From a virus, in the IMG/VR virus record IMGVR_UViG_3300028563_000016, positions 11,724 to 75,723 of that record: a stretch of 64,000 nt of DNA. One strand, given 5' to 3'. Numbering within the stretch: position 1 is the first letter of the stretch; every line of letters starts with the position of its first letter. The notes under the pieces were generated by a model. It ran no database searches. It had not been told where the DNA came from and saw only the letters and a list, made by a program, of their open reading frames with translations. This document shows, piece by piece, positions 47,805 through 56,599 of this stretch. Both the position numbers and the translations under genes were made by a program.

Positions 47805-50309
47805 ATGTCACTTCAACGATTATCGCCACAGGACATCGAGGTAGTCTCAGTTCAGACAAACCCGATTAGGCACTATGTTTCGAGTTCAACTGGCACTTCT
47901 GGCTTTGTGCAGTTGTTTCCACGTCAGACGCACATGTTGAAAGATATTTCACCATCAAGCGTATATGTTGACTTGACACATGATGACGCCGATTTATCGT
48001 CTTTATACAATTTTGCTCAGCGCCTAGGACAAGGAGCTGTTTTAAATTCAGGCAGTTATCTTGCAAATGACATTGCAAAATCATTCACTCGCGCGCTAAA
48101 TCAATATCTTGATGGCGTTACTGCACAAATAACGTCTGAAAGAAACAGTAAGGTGTTGGATGTTGTGAGATTTACTCCCGGCGTTGTTTATTCACAAGAC
48201 ACTGTCAGCAAATCAATTGTCAAGAATTTATTGAACAACTATTACAACACAACGTATCCGACTGCACACTGGGGCTTTACAAATTACAATACATTGAATT
48301 TTTTCACCGCCTCGTCAGTTCCATCGTCAAGCGTGTTGATATATCCTAACGTCGATACAGAACACTCTGAATTTCATGAAGGATACGTTAGTGGAACGTA
48401 CACACCGTCTGGATCGTTTAGTTTTGATTTTTATATCAATCCACGTTATAAACAATCTGACACAGACGTTGATTATCATGCAGGAACAATTTTGCATCTT
48501 TCGTCGACATATGCCTTATCATTAATTTCTGGTTCTTTACGAGACGAAAATGGAAAAGCAGCAGCATTTAGATTACAACTTCAATTGAGTCACAGTGCGG
48601 ACGTAAAACCATCACTTGCGAAGCAAGGAAACTATCCACAAGACTTAGTTTTTTTGTCAGATGACAACGGTTTACTATACAACAATTGGCATCATGTTAT
48701 TGTAAGATGGGGAACAAATAACTTTTACGGTGGAACGGGATCTTTTAACATTGACGCAGTAAATGCGGGAACGTTTTGTGTCCCAAGTGGAACTATAACT
48801 CCCAAACTGATGATTCCGGAACCTGACGTATTGTGTGTCGGAAACTATTTTGATGGTGTTGGTTTTGGTGATGCAGCTGCAAGTTTATTTTTTGCGACAA
48901 ATCCTGCAACGAGAGATGGATTACAAATTTTAGTCAATGATGCTGGTGCACATGAGGCTCCCGTTGATTATGCGTTTGATCATCCGCTTAACGCTGAGTT
49001 ACATGATTTGTCAATGCGCAGAAGGTATATGTCTGACACTGACATTGCATTTTCTGCGTCTAAACCACCCACGTCGTTAGACAAGTCATTCATGTTGTAC
49101 ATCCCTCCATTTTTTAGGCCAACGTCACCAATAAGAAAGTTTGTGGGTGATCATGGTGGAATATTACAAACACCATTTTTTGAAGTTGATGGAACAACGA
49201 TCGATCCGTTCAACGTTGCAATGTCATTCGGAGTCGATGGACATTACATGAATATTGAGAATTATGTTCATGACTTTGCAAGTGATCTTGATCCACTGTT
49301 ACATCACATGACTGGATCTGCAATCACAACGACAACTGACGCGTTGTTTGCAAACGACTTTCTCTACGCGCAACCGTTTGTAGTGCGTAGAAATACATTT
49401 ATAATGCCATGTGATGACGGAAATTTCGTTCCTAGTTTTGAATTATTAATGAGTGAAAGCAAGACATATAACAAGTTTGTTGATGACTTGGGACAGACTG
49501 ACTTTACGATGGTGAACTTAGATAACCTTGTAACTCCCGCGTCATTACTTTTTGGAAGTGACTTTGATCAAGGAAACGTTGCTGACACAATTGCATACGC
49601 AATGGCGGATGATGCGATCGGTTTTTCACCTGAAAATGTAGCCGGGCCATTCGGTCCTGCGTATGCGAACTATGCGAGATCATTGGCAATATCAATTGCA
49701 TCAGGTGAGTTTGAGCCTGGCATTCAAGCAACTGCGCCATTGACAATATACCAACGTACCCGCGATCCATCTTCAAACCAAGTAACGTTCTTTAGCATAA
49801 GTAACATATTTTACGGTGATTCAATTAAACCACAAAGTTTTTATTTGAACGACGATAACTTGTCGGGCTCTGCTGGTACAATTTCAATCACGTTGCGAGA
49901 CGACGGGTACGGAAATTTGTATCGTGCTGATTGTTTGACAAAACAAGCAACGTGGAACTCGTGCGGAAATTTGTATTACAATGAGGGTTTGGCTGTCGTC
50001 AAGAATCCTTCGTTGAACTTCTTTGGAAAAGAAAAGTACACGATTGATTTGCGAGGAACTCACAACGTTCACGTAATGAAGATTGACGTGTTTGCACAGG
50101 CAGGTCAGATCAATTCATCTAGCAATCCGACTTATCTAAGTATCCCACCAAGTCTAATGGCGAACGAGTGGGACGACACGTTTGTGCAACTTTCAGGAAT
50201 TAACTTTCATGATGACAACATGAACGTTGTCGCAAAGACATCATTTGCACAGCCCATAGTAAAAAGAGCGAGCGATCGACTCTGCATTCGTACAAAGTTT
50301 GATTTCTGA
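47805..50309 (+). CDS. Putative virion protein with LamG-like domain; C-terminus paralogous to 46026
   Basis: FSFDFYINP, NNWHHVIVRW; INSSSNPTY...INFHDDNMNVVAKTSFAQPIVK..KFDF. Confidence 0.65.
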   Translation: MSLQRLSPQDIEVVSVQTNPIRHYVSSSTGTSGFVQLFPRQTHMLKDISPSSVYVDLTHDDADLSSLYNFAQRLGQGAVLNSGSYLANDIAKSFTRALNQYLDGVTAQITSERNSKVLDVVRFTPGVVYSQDTVSKSIVKNLLNNYYNTTYPTAHWGFTNYNTLNFFTASSVPSSSVLIYPNVDTEHSEFHEGYVSGTYTPSGSFSFDFYINPRYKQSDTDVDYHAGTILHLSSTYALSLISGSLRDENGKAAAFRLQLQLSHSADVKPSLAKQGNYPQDLVFLSDDNGLLYNNWHHVIVRWGTNNFYGGTGSFNIDAVNAGTFCVPSGTITPKLMIPEPDVLCVGNYFDGVGFGDAAASLFFATNPATRDGLQILVNDAGAHEAPVDYAFDHPLNAELHDLSMRRRYMSDTDIAFSASKPPTSLDKSFMLYIPPFFRPTSPIRKFVGDHGGILQTPFFEVDGTTIDPFNVAMSFGVDGHYMNIENYVHDFASDLDPLLHHMTGSAITTTTDALFANDFLYAQPFVVRRNTFIMPCDDGNFVPSFELLMSESKTYNKFVDDLGQTDFTMVNLDNLVTPASLLFGSDFDQGNVADTIAYAMADDAIGFSPENVAGPFGPAYANYARSLAISIASGEFEPGIQATAPLTIYQRTRDPSSNQVTFFSISNIFYGDSIKPQSFYLNDDNLSGSAGTISITLRDDGYGNLYRADCLTKQATWNSCGNLYYNEGLAVVKNPSLNFFGKEKYTIDLRGTHNVHVMKIDVFAQAGQINSSSNPTYLSIPPSLMANEWDDTFVQLSGINFHDDNMNVVAKTSFAQPIVKRASDRLCIRTKFDF

Positions 50310-50341
50310 AATTTCATGATATTTATCGACAGGAGAACATC

Positions 50342-50830
50342 ATGAAATTTCTACCCGTTTTAGCACTTATCATTGCAACTTCATTTACGCCTGCTTGTGC
50401 TATGTTGACGCAGCCACAAACGCCTGTGACGACTATTACAAACGCTGAAACAATTGCTCGCACTACGCTACAAAACGCACAAATTGGGTGGCTTTTTGTC
50501 GTGCCGCTCATCACTGTTTCACATCCTGATAAAGTTCAAGACTTGACTACAAAATACTACGCCGCGGTGCAAAAGGCGTCTGACGCGCTTGATACTCTTG
50601 ATAAAGTAAAAGCTTCTCTCACGAGCGGTGTCACGGTAACTATCGACTTGAACACTGCGTTGAAAGCGGAGTCGCTTGCAATCGTTGAGGTGATGAACAT
50701 AATTGCTGAAGCAAAAGCTGCATCAGGAAAAGCAAAAGCTACGCAAAATAGTCATGCACAAAATCTTGGTGTGCCTGGCTATGACAACGCACTTGCAGGG
50801 TCTGATCAACTTCGTTCAATGGTGAAGTGA
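50342..50830 (+). CDS. Putative lipoprotein
   Basis: MKFLPVLALIIATSFTPAC; AGGAG SD. Confidence 0.6.
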   Translation: MKFLPVLALIIATSFTPACAMLTQPQTPVTTITNAETIARTTLQNAQIGWLFVVPLITVSHPDKVQDLTTKYYAAVQKASDALDTLDKVKASLTSGVTVTIDLNTALKAESLAIVEVMNIIAEAKAASGKAKATQNSHAQNLGVPGYDNALAGSDQLRSMVK

Positions 50831-51250
50831 GTGCCTCGCAGACGTCGCAAAAAGCGTTATCACACCGGAATTCATTTAAGCGATAAATTGACAAGTAAAA
50901 TGAAATACCGCTCTGGGTGGGAGTGTACTTTTGCATGTTTGCTCGACAATGATCCGACAGTAAAATTATATAGCTACGAAAGTATCGTCATTCCTTACGT
51001 GTCAAACAAGACTACACACAAGGTGCGACGATACTTTCCTGACTTTTTCATTACGTATGTCGATGGTTCACGTGTTCTCGTTGAAATAAAACCACGACGA
51101 AAATTGGTTCAAAAGACGGTGCAGAAAAAGCTCGCTGCCGCTAAAAGTTGGTGTTCGTGTAACGACGTGACACTCAGGATCATTACTGAAGTTGAGTTAA
51201 AGGAATATGAACTGTCACAAAAAGAAGCGTCAGAATTGAAATCAATCTAA
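50831..51250 (+). CDS. Head-completion nuclease (T4 gp4/TnsA-like)
   Basis: YRSGWE, LD.DP.V..YSYE...IPY, RYFPDF, LVEIKP, ITE.EL. Confidence 0.8.
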   Translation: MPRRRRKKRYHTGIHLSDKLTSKMKYRSGWECTFACLLDNDPTVKLYSYESIVIPYVSNKTTHKVRRYFPDFFITYVDGSRVLVEIKPRRKLVQKTVQKKLAAAKSWCSCNDVTLRIITEVELKEYELSQKEASELKSI

Positions 51251-51547
51251 AAACTTGACAATGTTTCTTGCGATTGTTTCTATGTCACTAATTTCGTTAA
51301 CAACGGGAACGTATGATTTGTCTTCACGTTGTTTTATTAGATCGATGTAATAACAATTTGATCCGGTGTTGTTGCGAACTAACGTAACGAGTTTATTGTC
51401 ATTTTTTTGTAAATCAACAATTGTCTTTTTGTTCTCACCCACTGCAACGTTGACTACGGAAACAGGAGACATTTTTTGAACTCGCCAAACAATGTTTATG
51501 ATTGTTATGTCGGTGTAATAAATGCTTTGGAGCTCAACGTTGTTCAT
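51242..51547 (-). CDS. Hypothetical protein
   Basis: AGGAG SD; leader nearly identical to that of 50342. Confidence 0.65.
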   Translation of the reverse strand: MNNVELQSIYYTDITIINIVWRVQKMSPVSVVNVAVGENKKTIVDLQKNDNKLVTLVRNNTGSNCYYIDLIKQREDKSYVPVVNEISDIETIARNIVKFLD

Positions 51548-51599
51548 GAAAAGTTCTCCTGTTGATAAATAGGAGAGAATTAATTGTATACAATTTTAA

Positions 51600-52169
51600 C
51601 TAACAATATTCTTTCAACCCCGCCAATGCCACGACATAAGCATCAACTTCATCGTAGCAAAATCCTTCAATCGAAACTTTGCCTTTGTTCTTTCCACGAG
51701 AACACGTGATCGTTGGCCAAACTACGTTCTTGAGGTCATGTGTAGACATGTGGTTGAACACTTGTTGCTTGTGATCGATGCCAACCTTCTTTGCTTGTTG
51801 CATCTTCATTCCACACGCTTTTCGTGCATGTGTGCAAGCGATGAACGTGGGCGTAAATCCCGTTACGTTGCGAGCGATGTAAGATGCAATGCCATTAAAT
51901 TGTGAAAGCGTCGATATTGTCTGTGCAGAACTTGAACCTGCAGAAAATTTCATTGCGATGTTTTCAACAAAAAGATGAGTTATTTTATTGAATAATTTTC
52001 CATTCTGCAAAATTGACTTCAACACTTTTTCAAACTCGTCGGCCTTTTCCCAAGGTCCTTCAAACTTTGACAAGTCGACATGTGCAAGCTCGAATTCACC
52101 CTGCTTTGTGACAGCCGCAACACCGACGACGTGAGTGCTGATGTCGAGCCCAAAAGAAACAGTCTCCAT
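51600..52169 (-). CDS. RuvC-like Holliday junction resolvase
   Basis: GLDIST, FVEN, DEVDAYVVA. Confidence 0.8.
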   Translation of the reverse strand: METVSFGLDISTHVVGVAAVTKQGEFELAHVDLSKFEGPWEKADEFEKVLKSILQNGKLFNKITHLFVENIAMKFSAGSSSAQTISTLSQFNGIASYIARNVTGFTPTFIACTHARKACGMKMQQAKKVGIDHKQQVFNHMSTHDLKNVVWPTITCSRGKNKGKVSIEGFCYDEVDAYVVALAGLKEYC

Positions 52170-52231
52170 GAATGATTAATAAACTACGGAGAATTTTTTG
52201 AAAATTTATCCCTTAATACACATGAACTGCT

Positions 52232-52466
52232 TCAACATGTGTTCTTATACGCTCCTGGTGTTGCTATCACGCTTCCAATCGTTGCACCTTTTCCTGCGTG
52301 CGTGTCAGGCATCGCTGCAATCCATTTATATATGAATGGGAGACGAGAGACTCGTTGAAGCTGTTCGATGGCTTCTGTCTCGAACGCGATGCCCTTATTC
52401 CACAATTTTACGATGTTGTGTTTTTGCAGGGCCAGATATTATCACGTCATAGTCAACATTTTTCAT
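52232..52466 (-). pseudogene. rtcB: RtcB RNA ligase remnant (frameshifted and truncated)
   Basis: Own translation: VKLWNKGIAFETEAIEQLQRVSRLPFIYKWIAAMPDTHAGKGATIGSVIAT matches the RtcB N-terminus (MPDxHxGxGxxIGSV); extra A at 52421-52425; stops before VGVDIGCG. Confidence 0.85.
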
Positions 52467-52472
52467 GTGTTG

Positions 52473-52537
52473 ATTGTAATAATTGTACGTGATGAATTCA
52501 CATTATTGTGTAATTTAGTTGAGAAGTATTTTATATT
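52473..52537. promoter_or_regulatory. Divergent promoter pair (GTGWAW-N17/18-TAYAWT)
   Basis: Minus: GTGAAT-N17-TACAAT-6nt-ATG 52466. Plus: GTGTAA 52508-N18-TATATT 52532-8nt-ATG 52546. Confidence 0.6.
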
Positions 52538-52545
52538 GTTTCACA

Positions 52546-52860
52546 ATGCCAAATTGTGTAACAAATAAAGAACTTGATGATTTAATAGAAAAGACAACTT
52601 CGCCTATAACGTCTGAAACGTACATTTCTGTTTCAGAATTTGCATTAATAAATGATGTACTTCGTGAACTACGTCGTGCAAGAAAAAAGTTATCACAACT
52701 CAATAAAGTTGTGAAAGCATCTGAAGATGCAGTTGACGATTGGGAACGTGGGTTAAAGGCACGTGAGCATGGTACACTGCTCGCTGTACGAAATATACAA
52801 CGAGTTCAAGTGGTGGTCAACGAAAAGCGACAAACATCAAAAATACAGGTTATAAAATAA
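52546..52860 (+). CDS. Hypothetical protein
   Basis: TAATG coupling to RNA ligase. Confidence 0.6.
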   Translation: MPNCVTNKELDDLIEKTTSPITSETYISVSEFALINDVLRELRRARKKLSQLNKVVKASEDAVDDWERGLKAREHGTLLAVRNIQRVQVVVNEKRQTSKIQVIK

Positions 52861-54017
52861 TGGGAAATCGAGCACTTGCACACGTTGAGAAAATTGTTTC
52901 AATATACGAAATTCCTGGCGCCGACAACATCGAGATGGCGCAGGTTTTAGACTTTCATGTCACCGTGAAGAAGGGTGAGTTTTCAGTCGGAGATCTCGCT
53001 ATCTACGTCGAAGTCGACAGCATCATGCCTGAACGTCCTGAGTTTGAGTTTTTGCGCCCAAAGCACTTTCGCATTAAGGCGATGAAACTATCAAAGTTTG
53101 GGATTATTTCACAGGGAATTTTGTTTTCAACAGATTTACTAATCAATTGTAAGAATTCATTTAATGAAGATTATGGAATTATTCGCATTACAGAAGGACA
53201 AAATGTTACTGAAATATTAGCAATCACTCGTGCGATTGAAGATCCTGATGAAGATACACCGCTCACAAACGGGAGCAAGAAAAATCGAAAGTGGTTGATG
53301 AAATTTGCGTGGTACAGTAGACTGTTCAAGAAAAATAATCCAAGTTCAATTGGTCATTGGCCAGAATTTCTGCCATCGAAATCTGACGAAGTCAGCGTTC
53401 AGAATAAATACGGACATATTCTAAAACAATATGTGTATTCATATACAGATAAAGGTGAAGAACAGCCGAAGGGACTGTTCTATGTAAGTGAAAAGTTAGA
53501 GGGGCAGAATTTTTCACTGTTTTTGTACAAAACATCATCATTTTTTGGATTTTTTAAACGTGCAGATTTTGGTATATGTTCACGTAATGGTGTGAAGCAA
53601 GGCATAAATCCATTCACAATTACTGCGAATCGATTGTGTTTTGAACAAAAATTACGTAAAATTAATAAATCAATTGTTATCAGAGGTGAACACTGTGGGC
53701 CTGGAATTCAGGGCAACATTTATAAGTTTGTGGAAACAAAAGTATTTGTTTTTGAAGTCTATGACATTGACAAAAAACGATTTTATACATATGATGAATT
53801 AATTTCTTTTTGTAAAGAAAATGATTTTGACATTGTACCTGTTCTTGACGACAATTTTACACTGCCTGATACTGGAAAAAAGATGCTTGAGATGTCAAAT
53901 GGTAAATCAGTTTTCAGAAACACTGCACGTGAAGGAATAGTTGTGAGATTAAAATCAGATCCAACAATTTCATTCAAGGCACGATCTCCAGAATACTTGG
54001 TGAAACATGGTAAATAA
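52860..54017 (+). CDS. ATP-dependent RNA ligase (Rnl2/DRB0094-like, N-terminal OB fold)
   Basis: IPGADNIE...KKGEF..GD...Y.E.DS, SQG; EKLEG, ICSRN, RGEHCGPGIQGN, FVFEVY, VPVL, REGIV, SFK. Confidence 0.9.
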   Translation: MGNRALAHVEKIVSIYEIPGADNIEMAQVLDFHVTVKKGEFSVGDLAIYVEVDSIMPERPEFEFLRPKHFRIKAMKLSKFGIISQGILFSTDLLINCKNSFNEDYGIIRITEGQNVTEILAITRAIEDPDEDTPLTNGSKKNRKWLMKFAWYSRLFKKNNPSSIGHWPEFLPSKSDEVSVQNKYGHILKQYVYSYTDKGEEQPKGLFYVSEKLEGQNFSLFLYKTSSFFGFFKRADFGICSRNGVKQGINPFTITANRLCFEQKLRKINKSIVIRGEHCGPGIQGNIYKFVETKVFVFEVYDIDKKRFYTYDELISFCKENDFDIVPVLDDNFTLPDTGKKMLEMSNGKSVFRNTAREGIVVRLKSDPTISFKARSPEYLVKHGK

Positions 54018-54377
54018 GTGTTCAAAGATTCTTTACAAATTACGTTCTTTTTTTCAAAACACGAGACAAAGAAACAAACAATAACAGTAAAAATTCGTTA
54101 TTTCATTCTCGATTTAGAGTTCAGACGTTTAAAAAGTTTTGCTGTACAAAACGAATTTATGTTTGAAGAGCTTGAACAATTTGTTGGTGATGGATATGAC
54201 GTTTTTGACATAGCAATTGAGCTTGCAAATTTTGTGATCAATGGAACGCTAAAACAATTTGTACGTGTAAAAAACGTTGGCGACTTTGACAGCATGCTCG
54301 ATTTACATGACGACACAAACATAGACGATATAAGAATCATGTACAAAGTAAATGATCGTAAATTGTGTACAGAATGA
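54018..54377 (+). CDS. Hypothetical protein
   Basis: GTG immediately after ligase stop. Confidence 0.55.
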   Translation: MFKDSLQITFFFSKHETKKQTITVKIRYFILDLEFRRLKSFAVQNEFMFEELEQFVGDGYDVFDIAIELANFVINGTLKQFVRVKNVGDFDSMLDLHDDTNIDDIRIMYKVNDRKLCTE

Positions 54378-54400
54378 TGCGTGATTGATTATAAATCATC

Positions 54401-54676
54401 ATGAACAACGTTCTAATTGTCTACAAGTACGGATTTAACGAACCTGTGCGTGTGTGTGTCGATGGTGAACTTGCGCAGCCATACGTTGACTTGTTTGAGC
54501 TTGCAAATAACAAGTACATTGACGACGTGATAAAGCCAAGCGAGAGCGAAAAATTAGCGATTGATTTCGTCGCGCGCTTTGTTGAATCATCAATTGATGC
54601 ATATGACGTGTTGTCTGACACTGCATCACCGCCAAACGTAACGACGATTTGCACTACTGGCTACTTATACGTGTAA
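54401..54676 (+). CDS. Hypothetical protein
   Basis: 91-aa ORF; TATAAA 5 nt before ATG. Confidence 0.55.
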   Translation: MNNVLIVYKYGFNEPVRVCVDGELAQPYVDLFELANNKYIDDVIKPSESEKLAIDFVARFVESSIDAYDVLSDTASPPNVTTICTTGYLYV

Positions 54677-54682
54677 GATTTT

Positions 54683-54771
54683 GGAAAGCTAACTTGGCAC
54701 AGGAGCCATGCCTTGATTGCTAATCAAGTGAGACCGCAAGGTTGGGCGTTCAACCCGTCAGTTTTCCGCCA
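54683..54771 (+). tRNA. tRNA-Ser(GCU), 89 nt, encoded CCA, apparent 8/4 acceptor/T-stem
   Basis: GGAAAGCT/AGTTTTCC-G-CCA; D arm CTTGGC/GCCATG; anticodon arm CTTGA-TTGCTAA-TCAAG; variable arm GACC-GCAA-GGTT; T arm GGCG-TTCAACC-CGTC. Confidence 0.88.
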
Positions 54772-54780
54772 AAGTATAAT

Positions 54781-55770
54781 GTGATTTCATTATCTGAAAA
54801 ATTAACGTTCATAGAGAGAATTCTTGGTAAAGGTTCACTCTCACGCAATCAAAAGAACTTTGATGTTTATTGTCCATGGTGTGCGTCGAGCGATAAAAAT
54901 AAGCGCAAGTTAGTCATTCGCACTGACGATGACAGGTGGCACTGTTGGGTTTGCACGCACAAGGGCAAGACGCTCGTTCCTTTGATCAAGAAGTGCGGCA
55001 CTCAAGAACAATTACACACGTACATTGACAAGTACCTTTCAGCAACAAAGAAGGGTGACATTCTCTTTGAACAGGAAAGTAAACAGGAGGAGACACTGTG
55101 TTTACCGAGTGAATTCTCGTTATTGGCTTTGCTGGAAGACAGGCGAGATCCTGATTTCAATGCTGCAAAGAAGTACGTGAAGCGCCGCAAGATTGATGAA
55201 GAAGACTTGTGGAGATATAAGATTGGTTTTTGTGACAAAGGTGAGTACTCAAGACGCATAATAATACCATCGTTCGACGGGAATGGAAAGTTAAATTACT
55301 TCACAGGTCGTTCAGTTGACAAGATCAGGATGAAGTATAAAAATCCATCGACGCCAAAAATATCTGTCATTTTCAATGAAATAAACATTGATTGGAAGAA
55401 GCCTCTTGTGTTGTGTGAAGGGCCGTTCGACTTGCTGAAGTGTGGAGAGAATGCAACGTGTTTGTTGGGGAGCGACTTTGATGAAGAACACGCGTTGTTC
55501 ACGGAATTGGTGTTTAACTCAACCCCCGTAGTGCTCGCATTAGATGGCGACATGTGGAACACAAAAATTCCAAAGATCGTCAAGAAGTTGCAGGAGTACT
55601 CAATAGACACAAAAGTGCTCGACACTCGTAGCGTTGAAGATCCTGGTTCGATGACAAAGAAAGAGTTTCAGGATTTATTGAAGAGTTCAACGATGACGTT
55701 CGATTGGGACAGTATGTTTGCCTCTCGAGTAAACAAAATGAGTGACATAAAACTAAACATAAGACTGTAA
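54781..55770 (+). CDS. DNA primase (Zn finger plus TOPRIM)
   Basis: CPWC...WHCWVC; RIIIPS, YFTGR, KYKNP, CEGPFD, ALDGD, DPG; start moved downstream of the tRNA. Confidence 0.88.
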   Translation: MISLSEKLTFIERILGKGSLSRNQKNFDVYCPWCASSDKNKRKLVIRTDDDRWHCWVCTHKGKTLVPLIKKCGTQEQLHTYIDKYLSATKKGDILFEQESKQEETLCLPSEFSLLALLEDRRDPDFNAAKKYVKRRKIDEEDLWRYKIGFCDKGEYSRRIIIPSFDGNGKLNYFTGRSVDKIRMKYKNPSTPKISVIFNEINIDWKKPLVLCEGPFDLLKCGENATCLLGSDFDEEHALFTELVFNSTPVVLALDGDMWNTKIPKIVKKLQEYSIDTKVLDTRSVEDPGSMTKKEFQDLLKSSTMTFDWDSMFASRVNKMSDIKLNIRL

Positions 55771-55771
55771 G

Positions 55772-56599
55772 TTGATTACAATTAAAATGATGGTTAAATG
55801 TGAAGTATGTGGTAAAGAGTTTCTTGTTATAATGTTTTCACACCTTAAATTACATAATTTAACGATGAGTGAATATAAAAACATGTTTCCGGATGTACAA
55901 ATTTATGGAATTCCGATGCGGAATAAAGGAACTCATTTATCTGAATTACATCTACAACATTTACGTGAAAATCATTGGGCTCGTAAACCAATTGAAGAAA
56001 CACAAGAAATTAGAAAAATATGTTCAGAAAATGGTCGACGATCATATGAAAAAATGAATTCTGAGGGTGGTACAGCATTTCGAATGCCAAAGGGATATCA
56101 TACACAAGAATTCAAAGATAATATGAGCATACGACTTAAGGAAATAGAACGTACACCCGAATGGAAAGAAAATACGCGCAAGTCTCACTGGACGCATAAA
56201 TCACCTGAAGAAGTTCAAGAAATAGTTGAACGAATTGCTCAAAATGGTGGAATTTCAAATACAAAACATGGGTGGTTTCATTCGAATAAGATGAATGAAG
56301 ATTTTTTCTTTATGTCTTCTTATGAAGAAAAACGAATGAATTTTCTTGAAAATCATGATGATGTTGTTGGATATACAAATCGACATGGAATATTGATAGA
56401 TTATTGTTGGAACGGAGAAAATCATCGATATATTGTTGATCTTAAAATTATTTTTAAGAATGGTGATATACGTCTTGAAGAAATCAAAGGTCAAGTTGAT
56501 GATCGAGTTTTAGCAAAAGAAAAGGCTTGTATCGAATATTGTAAAGAACATAATTTACAATATAAAATGATTTTTTTAAAAGATCTTGAGGTATTATGA
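55772..56599 (+). CDS. TnsA-like homing endonuclease with C2H2 finger
   Basis: CEVCG...HLKLH; SSYE, RYIVD, EEIKG. Confidence 0.75.
   Translation: MITIKMMVKCEVCGKEFLVIMFSHLKLHNLTMSEYKNMFPDVQIYGIPMRNKGTHLSELHLQHLRENHWARKPIEETQEIRKICSENGRRSYEKMNSEGGTAFRMPKGYHTQEFKDNMSIRLKEIERTPEWKENTRKSHWTHKSPEEVQEIVERIAQNGGISNTKHGWFHSNKMNEDFFFMSSYEEKRMNFLENHDDVVGYTNRHGILIDYCWNGENHRYIVDLKIIFKNGDIRLEEIKGQVDDRVLAKEKACIEYCKEHNLQYKMIFLKDLEVL

Noticed and set aside
50831-51250. Tn7-like transposon (TnsA)
   Set aside because: No TnsB/TnsC or end repeats; fits a gp4-like head-completion nuclease.
54742-54780. TTG start of primase given in the ORF track
   Set aside because: Lies inside the tRNA; GTG 54781 is more plausible.
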